Position numbers and translations under genes: made by a program
Notes under the pieces: generated by a model
Seen by the model: the letters and a program-made list of their open reading frames with translations, nothing else
Told to the model about the DNA's origin: nothing
Database searches by the model: none
Assembly (NCBI GenBank): GCA_024640465.1
Contig: JAHEEX010000001.1
Location: forward strand, 3,136-67,135
DNA length: 64,000 nt
Origin: Sphingobacteriales bacterium
Lineage (GTDB): Bacteria; Bacteroidota; Bacteroidia; Chitinophagales; Chitinophagaceae
Direction: 5' to 3'
Shown here: positions 28,171 through 37,685 of the stretch, one piece after another
Numbering within the stretch: position 1 is the stretch's first letter
Layout: each line of letters begins with the position of its first letter

Positions 28171-30378
28171 ATGAAGAAGGATTTCAGGCGTTTATTGGTT
28201 ACAGCTGCATTACCCTATGCCAATGGCCCGGTTCATATCGGCCACCTGGCTGGATGTTACCTGCCATCGGATATTTATGTGCGATATCAGCGGGCACAAA
28301 AAAGAGATATCAAATTTGTTTGTGGCAGTGATGAGCATGGTGTACCCATCACCATCCGCGCCATGAAAGAAGGGATCACCCCGCAGGAAGTGGTCAATAA
28401 ATACCATGCTATAATTAAAGAAAGCTTTGAAAACATAGGTATTTCATTTGATATCTATTCCCGGACTTCCAACCCTGTTCATCACCAGACCTCAGCCGAT
28501 TTTTTCAGGAACCTGTATGACAAAAGCCTGTTCGAAGAAAAAGAAACCGAGCAATATTATGATGAAAAGGCACAGGTATTCCTGGCAGACAGGTATATAA
28601 CCGGCACCTGCCCGGTTTGTGCCAATCCAAATGCATACGGCGACCAGTGCGAAAAATGCGGAAGTGCTTTATCTCCTGAACAACTGATCAATCCTAAGTC
28701 AACCTTAAGCGATGCCATTCCGGTAAAGAAACTCACCAAACACTGGTATTTCCCCTTACAACAATATGAGGACTGGCTGAAAAAATGGGTACTCGAAGAA
28801 CACAGCGACTGGAAGAATAACGTCCTTGGCCAGTGTAAAAGCTGGCTGGATAGTGGCTTACAGAGTCGTGCCATGACACGAGACAGTCAGTGGGGCGTGA
28901 AAGTACCTATAGAAGGAGCAGAAGGGAAAGTGCTGTATGTATGGTTTGATGCACCTATTGGATATATCAGCGCTACAAAAGAACTGACTGCACAATGGGG
29001 TGATTACTGGTGCTCGGAAGATACCAAGCTGGTACACTTTATTGGCAAGGATAATATCGTTTTCCATTGCATCATTTTCCCGGCGATGCTGAAAGCCCAT
29101 GGCAATTTTGTGCTGCCGGAAAATGTTCCCGCCAATGAATTCCTGAATATTGAAGGCGAAAAAGTATCCACCTCCAGAAACTGGGCAGTATGGGTACATG
29201 AATATATTGCAGATTTTCCCGGATGTGAAGACGTCCTACGTTACGTTCTATGTGCTAATGCCCCGGAAACAAAAGACAATGATTTTACCTGGAAAGATTT
29301 CCAGGACAGGAATAATAGTGAGCTGGTGGCCATTTTTGGAAACTTTGTAAACCGCACCTGGGTACTCATGCACAAACTTTGCATGGGTAAAGTTCCGAAG
29401 CTCCACGAAGAAAAACTGGATGATACGGACCGTCAGATGTTGGCAGAGTTTGCCAATACTAAAGCCAAAGTGGAAGAAAGCATCGAACAATATAAATTCC
29501 GGGAAGCACTTTTTGAGGTGATCGACCTCGCCCGTAAAGGCAATAAATATTTACAGGAAAAAGAACCCTGGATCCTTGCCAAAAACCTGGCATCGAACCC
29601 CGAAAACCAGGAAGGGATTGACAACTGTTTACATATCTGTTTACAGCTTTGCGCCAACCTGTCTATTCTGATCAATCCCTTCCTGCCTTTCACCGCAAAG
29701 AAACTGATCTACATGATGAAGGTGGTGGAGAAAATGCTCGACTGGGAAAATGCGGGAAAGACCAAACTGCTGAGTGTTGGATATAGCTTGCGTGAACCAC
29801 AATTACTGTTTCGCAAAATTGAGGATGAGGAAGTGGCGGCGCAGGTGGAGAAGCTCCAGGCTGGAACAAAGAAGTTGACAGTTGACAGTTCACAGTTGAC
29901 GGGTAACAGCCAGGGAGATACAGTCGGGAGTCAGGAGCCGGGAGTCGATAGTCAACAGCCGGCTGTTTCTGTCAACAGTCAACTGTCAACTGTCAACCTT
30001 CAACCTTCAACCGATTTAAAACCGGACTTGTCCGCCGTAGCTTTAGCGAAGGCGGAGATTGTGTTTGATGATTTTGCAAAGATTGACCTTAAAGTTGGCA
30101 CAATCCTCTCTGCAGAAAAAGTAGCTAAGGCTGATAAATTACTGAAGCTTGACATTGATCTTGGATTTGAAACAAGGACTATAGTTTCAGGCATCGCTTT
30201 ACATTATCAACCTGAGCAGATCATCGGAAAGCAGGTAGTCGTGGTGGTTAATCTGGCACCACGTAAAATGAAAGGAGTGGAAAGCAGGGGAATGATCTTA
30301 ATGGCGGAAGATGCTGCGGGGAAATTACATTTTGTATCACCCGGTGAAATGATAAACCCGGGAGCGGGTGTAAGTTGA
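28171..30378 (+). CDS. metG: methionine--tRNA ligase with C-terminal tRNA-binding domain and a repeat-derived linker insertion
   Basis: [13 protein letters not shown] (HIGH motif), GSDEHG, CPVC/CEKC zinc knuckle, YVWFDA, KVSTS, and a C-terminal Trbp111-like domain ([11 protein letters not shown]...[15 protein letters not shown]). Confidence 0.98.
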   Translation: MKKDFRRLLVTAALPYANGPVHIGHLAGCYLPSDIYVRYQRAQKRDIKFVCGSDEHGVPITIRAMKEGITPQEVVNKYHAIIKESFENIGISFDIYSRTSNPVHHQTSADFFRNLYDKSLFEEKETEQYYDEKAQVFLADRYITGTCPVCANPNAYGDQCEKCGSALSPEQLINPKSTLSDAIPVKKLTKHWYFPLQQYEDWLKKWVLEEHSDWKNNVLGQCKSWLDSGLQSRAMTRDSQWGVKVPIEGAEGKVLYVWFDAPIGYISATKELTAQWGDYWCSEDTKLVHFIGKDNIVFHCIIFPAMLKAHGNFVLPENVPANEFLNIEGEKVSTSRNWAVWVHEYIADFPGCEDVLRYVLCANAPETKDNDFTWKDFQDRNNSELVAIFGNFVNRTWVLMHKLCMGKVPKLHEEKLDDTDRQMLAEFANTKAKVEESIEQYKFREALFEVIDLARKGNKYLQEKEPWILAKNLASNPENQEGIDNCLHICLQLCANLSILINPFLPFTAKKLIYMMKVVEKMLDWENAGKTKLLSVGYSLREPQLLFRKIEDEEVAAQVEKLQAGTKKLTVDSSQLTGNSQGDTVGSQEPGVDSQQPAVSVNSQLSTVNLQPSTDLKPDLSAVALAKAEIVFDDFAKIDLKVGTILSAEKVAKADKLLKLDIDLGFETRTIVSGIALHYQPEQIIGKQVVVVVNLAPRKMKGVESRGMILMAEDAAGKLHFVSPGEMINPGAGVS
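29872..30057. repeat. in-frame repeat insertion in metG: inverted heptamer arrays plus a CCGCCGTAGCTTTAGCGAAGGCGG palindrome
   Basis: (AGTTGAC)n at 29872-29901, GGGAGTC-like units at ~29925-29947, (GTCAACT)n at 29970-29998, palindrome at 30031-30056. Confidence 0.85.
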
Positions 30379-30474
30379 TTAAGTTCTTCTGTATTTCTTA
30401 GCGTACCTGATTCTTAGCGGTTAAGTCTGCCGCAAAAAAGCCGTATATTTATCCCTAATTCTGTTATTCTATTA

Positions 30475-33400
30475 ATGAAAGCCTGGATAAGCAATAAAAA
30501 ACTCCGTATATCGCTGTATATAACGGCAGGCTTTGTATTCCTGTTAATTCTTCTATACTGGTGGTTCCGGTTACATGTAAAAGACATTATCGAACAACTG
30601 GTAGCTTATGAATCCAAGGGAAAAGTTACCGTAAAAATCGGCCAGATGAATATCCGGTTTTTTCACCCACCTAAGATTGACCTCATAAATACCAGGTTGA
30701 TGGTGATGGATAAGGCTGGCAATAAAGTTGTTTCCGCTGTTTCATTTAAATACCTGGGCCTGGAACTAAAATCATTTCGCAGCCTGGTTTTAGAAAAAAA
30801 ATTACTGGTTGATTATATTGTTGCAGAAGATCCAAGCATTGAGGTTAGCCCGGAGAATAAAGACAAAATGAAAAAAGGAAACGAATCGGTTCCTTTTGAA
30901 ATTGGCAATATATACATTGCCCTGGAAAAAATCACCAAAACCTTACAGGTAAAAAAATTCAGGATATATAATGGAAGCCTGGGCCTCAAAAATCTTCCAC
31001 CAAATAATAAAACAATAAGCATTGGAGGCGTTGAATTTCATGTAGACGACTTTTCCCTGGATCCTACAAAAAATAAAAAGTCCGGAGAAAATCTTTTAAT
31101 CAGGAGCCTCGAATTAAAAACAGGCAAACAGGATATCACTTTTCCGGAAGGGAACTACCGCTTGAAATATTCTTCGCTGGAAATTTCATCTCAGGATAAT
31201 ACAATAACACTCGACAGTCTTTTTATTGAAGGCAAAAGCAATGATACAACCTATGGTGCACTGGAAGCCGGTTTTTCAAGGTTAAAATTAATCAATACAG
31301 ATTTCAAGGCGATATATGAATCCAACAAAATCAAAGTAGATTCTATTTTTTGCCTCGACCCGGTAGTTCGCCTGAAGATTGATATAACTAAAAAAGAAAA
31401 AGATAAGGTTGATGAAGAAAGGTCAATAGAAAAGACCATTGCCGGATTAATCGGCCACCTGGACATCGGTTATATTGGATTGCTGAACAGCGACATAACA
31501 CTCACAACTAAAAATAAGGACAAATACAGGCCTTTTTCCACCAGGGGAAATAATTTTGAAGCATCAGGCATTCAAATCGACAGCTCAAAAGTTAATCCCA
31601 TTGAGATAGGTAAACTCGTATTTGCCATAAAGAATTACAAAGCCTCTTCTGCAGACAGTATGTATGATGTAAGGTTCGACAGTGTCGTATATGATGAACA
31701 TACACTGACCTTGAAAAATTTCAGGCTCGAACCGAGTGAAAAAAATTATCATCAGGATAAAAAATATGTGAGTATCCCGGATTTCGAACTTCGGGAAATT
31801 TCGCTTTCAGAACTGATTTCCAACCAACGGTTACAGGCTAAAGAACTCGTATTAAAAAACTCCAGGACTATTAATTATTATTATCCCAAATCAGACCGGA
31901 TAAAACCCACCCAGCCTATTACTAAAATCATCGACGAGATCGATAAAAAAATTGACCTGGATAAAGTGCGCATTGAAAATGGGTATCTCCTGAACCAGTC
32001 TGTTTCAGATAAAACGCAGAAAGTGGAAGTTACAGGGATTAATTCCAGTATCTCCACCAATGAATTATTGCGGGCCCCTACCTATGAAATTATGGGCTAC
32101 TCTATCGGCAGGCTGGAATTTGAAAAAGCCAGTATCACAACCGGAAAGACGGTATCTGTTTTTGATAAAGGGGAAATATATGGAAAAGAGAAATTGATTC
32201 TTACAGGCGCCGTATCTATTACAAACCTGAAAAATAACTCTACTGTTAAAATCGAGCACATCCGTTTGAACAATTACCATTTTGATGATGAGTTGTCAGA
32301 AATTTTTGTGGATAGTGTTACCTGGAAAAATGCCCGGATTATTTATCGAAAAGACAGCCACGAAACTAAAGGATACGTGGAGAAAGCGATAACAAAAAAG
32401 ATCCTGAACATAGGGCATTTTTCTGTTCGAAATACTTCTATACAATTTTATTCGGGAGACACGGCAAAAGGAATGGCTGACATTAAAGTAATAGAGCTAA
32501 AAGGACTTTCAGCAAACACAGAAGGCAATATGCAAATTGAAGACCTTTTAGCAGAAGGCGACAAAATAGAATTAGAAATGCCTTCGTTCAGTTTGCGCAC
32601 AGGCAATTTTTCATTTCGGGAAAACAGGTCTTCCACTTTAAATGATGTAAACCTGGAATATATTACGGAAAAGGATACAGCAAAAGCAAAGATCAGCAGG
32701 ATTACCCTGGTTCCCCTCATTAATAAGTCGCTGAATAAAAAATACCCCGCATTCCAGGAAATCGAACTTCAAAACCCGGTGTTTTATGCTTTCATCAGGC
32801 CGGGAGCCAGGGATGAAATTCCTTCTGACAAAAAGGATGAGAAGAATTTTATGTTTGAAACAGGTCTGTTGCATATAAGTAATGCAAAAGTCAACTTCAA
32901 TCTTTTGAATGGTGCAAAATCCATACATTATAAAACAGAATATCTTGATACAAAAATTAATGACATCAATATAGGAAAGGAAGACATGCGTTTTTCCATG
33001 GGTTCGTTTAATGTAATTTCCAAAACATTTGACCTGAATATTAATGACAGTATTGACCTTTATGCAGAGCCTGGCAAATTTGAAATAGCCGGTTCCGGAT
33101 TAAAAATCGGGCAGGGAGCAAATGCTGGTTTATTTCATGCAGGCATAAAATTGATCCGTATAGACAGCCTGAATACATCTGTGGTTATGAAAAAAGATGG
33201 TAATGTTTTTGAATTGAAAAATATCAGCCTGGGCGGAAACGATTTCATATTCGACAGTTCAGATCGCAGGCATATCATCCGGCAAATCAGGTATAATCCA
33301 TCCCTGTATGTAAAGAATATTAACCTGGGCCGTAAAAATGACCTGTATGAGATGGCTGCTTTTGGTATTGGTTTTGAGAATGCAGGAAGACAACTTTCTC

Positions 33401-34362
33401 TTGACTCATTTTATTACCGGCCACTTATTGACCGCGACTCATTTAACCGGATGAATAAATTTCAGAAAGATTATATACAGGCAAAAACAGGTAGAATAAT
33501 CATACGGGAACTGGATATTGAAAAGTTGCTTGCTGATACCAGTTTTCGGGCATCAGCCATTGAGATCAACGATCCCGATGTATCCATTTTTAAAGACAAA
33601 AGGCTACCTTTTGATTTCAGCACGATCAAACCCTTGCCTGTAGATATGTTAAAAGAGTTGAAGATAAAAATCAATCTTGATTCCGTTTTGCTAAAGAATG
33701 GATTCATTCAATACAGTGAACACAATCCTAAGACCGATAAAATTGCTGTTATTGACCTTCCCCATACGCATGCGGAACTGACCAATATTAAAAATTATGA
33801 TCTTAGTCCAACAGACAGCCTCAGGCTAAGGGCTACAACCCGGCTCCTGGATTCTGTAAGGATCAGTGTACATCACCGTGAATCTTATACAGATACACTT
33901 TCCGGTTTCCTTTTTTCTGTAAGGGTGAGTCCATTCAACCTGCTGGCCTTAAACCAGTTTTTACCGGAAATTGCTTCAGCCAAAATTATCTCTGGAAGAT
34001 TGGACACGCTAAGGCTTCGGGCCATTGCCCGGGAGTACCTGGCTTTAGGTTATATCAATATGCATTACCGTAATTTAAAAATTCAGTACCTCAATAAGGG
34101 AGATATAAAGAAAAAAACCCTTGGTACTAAAATAGTTTCTTTCCTGGCCAATACACTGATCAGTAAAAATAATACTACTAAAACCGGGAGGGTATACACA
34201 GAAAGGGTCCGTGAAAAAGCATTCATTAACTATTGGATTAAGATGCTACTCAGCGGGGCGCTTACCAGTGCAGGTATAAAAGACAATAAAAAGCAATTAA
34301 AAAAATACCATAAAAAAAGGAAAAAGTTATATGTTCCGGAAATTCCGGATGTGGCATTCTAA
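30475..34362 (+). CDS. large AsmA-like / DUF748-related envelope protein
   Basis: Single N-terminal TM anchor followed by ~1250 aa of beta-rich sequence with internal similarity; C-terminal Y..L....L...G.....K...F.AN motif. Confidence 0.65.
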   Translation: MKAWISNKKLRISLYITAGFVFLLILLYWWFRLHVKDIIEQLVAYESKGKVTVKIGQMNIRFFHPPKIDLINTRLMVMDKAGNKVVSAVSFKYLGLELKSFRSLVLEKKLLVDYIVAEDPSIEVSPENKDKMKKGNESVPFEIGNIYIALEKITKTLQVKKFRIYNGSLGLKNLPPNNKTISIGGVEFHVDDFSLDPTKNKKSGENLLIRSLELKTGKQDITFPEGNYRLKYSSLEISSQDNTITLDSLFIEGKSNDTTYGALEAGFSRLKLINTDFKAIYESNKIKVDSIFCLDPVVRLKIDITKKEKDKVDEERSIEKTIAGLIGHLDIGYIGLLNSDITLTTKNKDKYRPFSTRGNNFEASGIQIDSSKVNPIEIGKLVFAIKNYKASSADSMYDVRFDSVVYDEHTLTLKNFRLEPSEKNYHQDKKYVSIPDFELREISLSELISNQRLQAKELVLKNSRTINYYYPKSDRIKPTQPITKIIDEIDKKIDLDKVRIENGYLLNQSVSDKTQKVEVTGINSSISTNELLRAPTYEIMGYSIGRLEFEKASITTGKTVSVFDKGEIYGKEKLILTGAVSITNLKNNSTVKIEHIRLNNYHFDDELSEIFVDSVTWKNARIIYRKDSHETKGYVEKAITKKILNIGHFSVRNTSIQFYSGDTAKGMADIKVIELKGLSANTEGNMQIEDLLAEGDKIELEMPSFSLRTGNFSFRENRSSTLNDVNLEYITEKDTAKAKISRITLVPLINKSLNKKYPAFQEIELQNPVFYAFIRPGARDEIPSDKKDEKNFMFETGLLHISNAKVNFNLLNGAKSIHYKTEYLDTKINDINIGKEDMRFSMGSFNVISKTFDLNINDSIDLYAEPGKFEIAGSGLKIGQGANAGLFHAGIKLIRIDSLNTSVVMKKDGNVFELKNISLGGNDFIFDSSDRRHIIRQIRYNPSLYVKNINLGRKNDLYEMAAFGIGFENAGRQLSLDSFYYRPLIDRDSFNRMNKFQKDYIQAKTGRIIIRELDIEKLLADTSFRASAIEINDPDVSIFKDKRLPFDFSTIKPLPVDMLKELKIKINLDSVLLKNGFIQYSEHNPKTDKIAVIDLPHTHAELTNIKNYDLSPTDSLRLRATTRLLDSVRISVHHRESYTDTLSGFLFSVRVSPFNLLALNQFLPEIASAKIISGRLDTLRLRAIAREYLALGYINMHYRNLKIQYLNKGDIKKKTLGTKIVSFLANTLISKNNTTKTGRVYTERVREKAFINYWIKMLLSGALTSAGIKDNKKQLKKYHKKRKKLYVPEIPDVAF

Positions 34363-34459
34363 ATTAACCGCAAAGAAACGAAGCCACTGAAGAATTTCTT
34401 TGCACGCATTGTTGCATCGTGGTTCTTGTATAACTTTAAATAAATACTGATTCATTTTA

Positions 34460-36820
34460 ATGACAATGAAATCTATCATCAGATACATATCCCACGCTTC
34501 AATAATTTTTTTTTCAATTATTTCTATTGCTGTTGCCAAGCAAAATAATGATACCATAATTGTCGAATCCCCTCAGGAAATAAAGGCTCTAAAACAAAAG
34601 AATCCTTCCGTTTGGTTAGAACAGTCAGAAAACGAATTGATCCTTATCGAAGGTAAACTCCTGCAAGGATACGATTCATCTTTTATGAACGAAGATTACG
34701 ACAGGCTCAATGCAAATTTTGAACTTATCCGGAATGATTTTATTAATCGCGGCGAATTCATGCGGTTAAGGAGCCTGGACGATATTAAAGCAGAATTGAT
34801 ACAACTCAAAAACCAGGTTGAAATCTGGCGGAAGAAAATTACCCGGATCAATGAGGAGGTATCCAGTGAATACAACTCCATTAACAGGATTAAAAAGGAT
34901 TCGATTCAGTACCTTATCCAACAAGACAGTGCCATGTGGCTGATCTATAGCCAGATGTTCAACCAGCAGGAACAGGTATTGGATAAAATTGACACTTTAT
35001 GCGCTACAACACTGCAGAAATTTGTAAGCATAGAAAGGAAACTAAATGTATTAACGTATAACATATCCTCCACCATTTCAGCGGTGGATATAAGGATCAA
35101 GGCCACCCAGAACTCATTTCTCAAAAAAACGCACCCGTCGTTATGGGAATTGAATAGCCTGTCTTACCCCAAAAATATTGGTACCGTTATGGTTGAAACG
35201 GCCAAACAGAACCTGGAATCGTTAAAATTCTATGGCAAACAGGCCTATGTCCGCGCTATTATCTTCAGGCTTTTTTTACTGGTTATTACCATGTTGCCCG
35301 TTTTGTTTTTTAAGCGCCAACGGAAAAAAGAAGGATATGACCCCAACAATACGCAATACAGTTTATTGCATAAATATACCGGGAGCGCAGCTGCAAGTTT
35401 TGGTATGGTAATGGCCCCTTTTGTTTTTATCAATGCCCCGCATATAGTCATAGAAGCTATCCTGATTACGCTAGCCATAACCACATCCCATATCTTCCTG
35501 GGAGAAAACCCGGGCATCAATAAAAAAGTTTTTTACTCCATCCTGGTAACTTTTATCATTCTGCGTGTTTTCAACCTCCTGGTATCAGTGACCGTTTTTG
35601 GCAGGATACTGTGGTCTTTTTCCATTCTTGTTTGTATCCCCCTGTACATATTATTTTTTCAGATCGACCGCACAACGATGCGCAATAAAGTATTGAATAA
35701 AATAATCATCATCCTCACCATTTTAATGGTCCTTGCAGGATGGATTTTAAGCATATCCGGGCATTTCCCCTATGGAAGAATCCTGGTACTATCCGGATTG
35801 GACGCTTTTTTCCTGGCCATCGTTTTATTTGTTGCCATCTATGCCTTTATTGATTTTATCAAGATCCTGGCGGATTTATATAACGACCGTAATTATGTAT
35901 CACAGATCAGGGTTGATCTCATTTACCAGAAATTAGTCAACATTGTGACCTTCCTGGCAGTGGTTTACTGGGTTGTAGCATTCCTTAAAAATATCAATAC
36001 CTATGAATTTATAAAGACCGGGATTTCCGATTTATTCAGCCGTTCAACGATCATTGCAGGATACCCGATCAATTTTGGCAGTATCCTCATTTTTATCATC
36101 ATACTGTATTTCTCGATCTATCTTTCCGGGTTATTGAACGGGCTTTTTTACGACGAAAAAAGGTCGGAAGAATCGGAAAATAAAAGCAACCTCGGCAGTT
36201 ATATGCTGCTGTTAAGGTTGTTTGTCATAACAAGCGGATTTATGATTGCCATGATTGCTGCCGGAATTGACCTGACCAAGGTCAACCTGATCATTGGCGC
36301 CCTGGGTGTGGGTATTGGCTTTGGTTTACAGAGCATCATTAATAATGTGGTATCCGGATTAATCCTCGCTTTTGAAAGGCCGATTTATGTAGGTGATATC
36401 ATTGAAATTGAGAATGTTAAAGGTAAAGTAACCGATATCGGCCTCCGGGCCACTACAATCGACACCATGGAAGGGGCAGAATTTATTATTCCAAATGGTG
36501 AGCTGATCAGTAAAAAAATGAAAAACTGGACCCTGACATCCAAAAATTTTAAAATTGAGATCCAGATCATGGTGGGCATTGATAATGATGCGGAGCAGGT
36601 AATTGTCCAATTGAAAAAAGCCATTAAGCAAACAACGGGACTGCAACCTTATCCTCCTGCAAAAGTGACCTTGAGCGAAATCAGGCCCAATGCACTTGAC
36701 TTCTCTATAGATTGCTGGGTAAGTGATATAACCAAATCGGCCCTGACCCGCAATGAATTATTGAAAAATATTCATTTGTCTTTACAGGAAGGAGGCATCA
36801 GCTTTCCGCAAAAACTGTGA
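34460..36820 (+). CDS. mechanosensitive ion channel, MscS family with a large periplasmic N-terminus
   Basis: GALGVGIGFGLQSIINNVVSGLILAFERPIYVGD, IGLRATTI..MEGAEFIIPNG MscS core; N-terminal helical region and multiple TM helices. Confidence 0.92.
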   Translation: MTMKSIIRYISHASIIFFSIISIAVAKQNNDTIIVESPQEIKALKQKNPSVWLEQSENELILIEGKLLQGYDSSFMNEDYDRLNANFELIRNDFINRGEFMRLRSLDDIKAELIQLKNQVEIWRKKITRINEEVSSEYNSINRIKKDSIQYLIQQDSAMWLIYSQMFNQQEQVLDKIDTLCATTLQKFVSIERKLNVLTYNISSTISAVDIRIKATQNSFLKKTHPSLWELNSLSYPKNIGTVMVETAKQNLESLKFYGKQAYVRAIIFRLFLLVITMLPVLFFKRQRKKEGYDPNNTQYSLLHKYTGSAAASFGMVMAPFVFINAPHIVIEAILITLAITTSHIFLGENPGINKKVFYSILVTFIILRVFNLLVSVTVFGRILWSFSILVCIPLYILFFQIDRTTMRNKVLNKIIIILTILMVLAGWILSISGHFPYGRILVLSGLDAFFLAIVLFVAIYAFIDFIKILADLYNDRNYVSQIRVDLIYQKLVNIVTFLAVVYWVVAFLKNINTYEFIKTGISDLFSRSTIIAGYPINFGSILIFIIILYFSIYLSGLLNGLFYDEKRSEESENKSNLGSYMLLLRLFVITSGFMIAMIAAGIDLTKVNLIIGALGVGIGFGLQSIINNVVSGLILAFERPIYVGDIIEIENVKGKVTDIGLRATTIDTMEGAEFIIPNGELISKKMKNWTLTSKNFKIEIQIMVGIDNDAEQVIVQLKKAIKQTTGLQPYPPAKVTLSEIRPNALDFSIDCWVSDITKSALTRNELLKNIHLSLQEGGISFPQKL

Positions 36821-36898
36821 AAAATTAAACCGACATTTCAGTTCTTCGCGTTCATCATTTCTCCTATGTTTACAAATTGAAAACGAGTTTTTTTTGGG

Positions 36899-36977
36899 GC
36901 GCCATGGTTCGTGTCCTCACGAACCATCATCGAAAAAAATTCGTTTTCCGGTTCGTGGAGACACGAACCGGGGCATC
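36899..36977. repeat. REPIN/MITE-like element, copy 3
   Basis: gccatggttcgtgtcctcacgaacc-atcatcgaaaaaaattcgttttcc-ggttcgtggagacacgaaccggggca. Confidence 0.9.
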
Positions 36978-37009
36978 AGGAGAAACAAATCCCTAACCTT
37001 GTTTCGCGG

Positions 37010-37489
37010 TTAAATCTGCCTGGCATTTTCAGCTAAAAATAACCGGAAACTTTCCCTGTAAGAATCACTGATTGGAATTTCGATATTATTGATAAATACG
37101 TTGTATTTATCCAGGGAATCCATATTATAAAAGGAGACGATAAATGACTTATGGACCCGTACAAATTTATATGGCCGCAGGAATGACTCCAGCTTCTTCA
37201 TGGTCTGAAGGGTCAGTATTTTACATTTTGTTGTATAAAGTGATACATAATTGCCTTTACCCTCAATAAAAAGGATATCCTTGACCTGTAATTTGATCAT
37301 TTTATGTTCGTTCTTCACTAAAATATAGTCATTTTGATCATAAACAGGTGCAATCTCACGCTGGCTGTTAAGTCCCAAAACCGAATAGTCGTATTCTCTA
37401 ACCGGCTCCATGGCAGGTTCAAAACCGCCAAATTCCCGGCTTATTGTCCGGGGATTGATATTGCTTTCCAGGGAGATTGCTCGAATCAT
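37010..37489 (-). CDS. LytTR DNA-binding domain protein without a receiver domain
   Basis: DILFIEGKGNYV, TMKKLESFL...FVRVHKSFIV, IPISDSYR. The ~50-aa N-terminus is too short for a receiver domain. Confidence 0.88.
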   Translation of the reverse strand: MIRAISLESNINPRTISREFGGFEPAMEPVREYDYSVLGLNSQREIAPVYDQNDYILVKNEHKMIKLQVKDILFIEGKGNYVSLYTTKCKILTLQTMKKLESFLRPYKFVRVHKSFIVSFYNMDSLDKYNVFINNIEIPISDSYRESFRLFLAENARQI

Positions 37490-37685
37490 ACAACAAAAGA
37501 TTTTTAACTATTTTGAAAATTTCACGTCCCTTAAATTTCCAAAACTTTAAAACAGGCCAATCAGTAAGACCTGAAATTTATATAACAAATTATAAATATT
37601 TTATAAATGATGTAATTTTTATTGTAATATTTAAGCTACTGTATTAAATATCAGCTCTTTTGAATATATTGGATTCAACCTAGCC

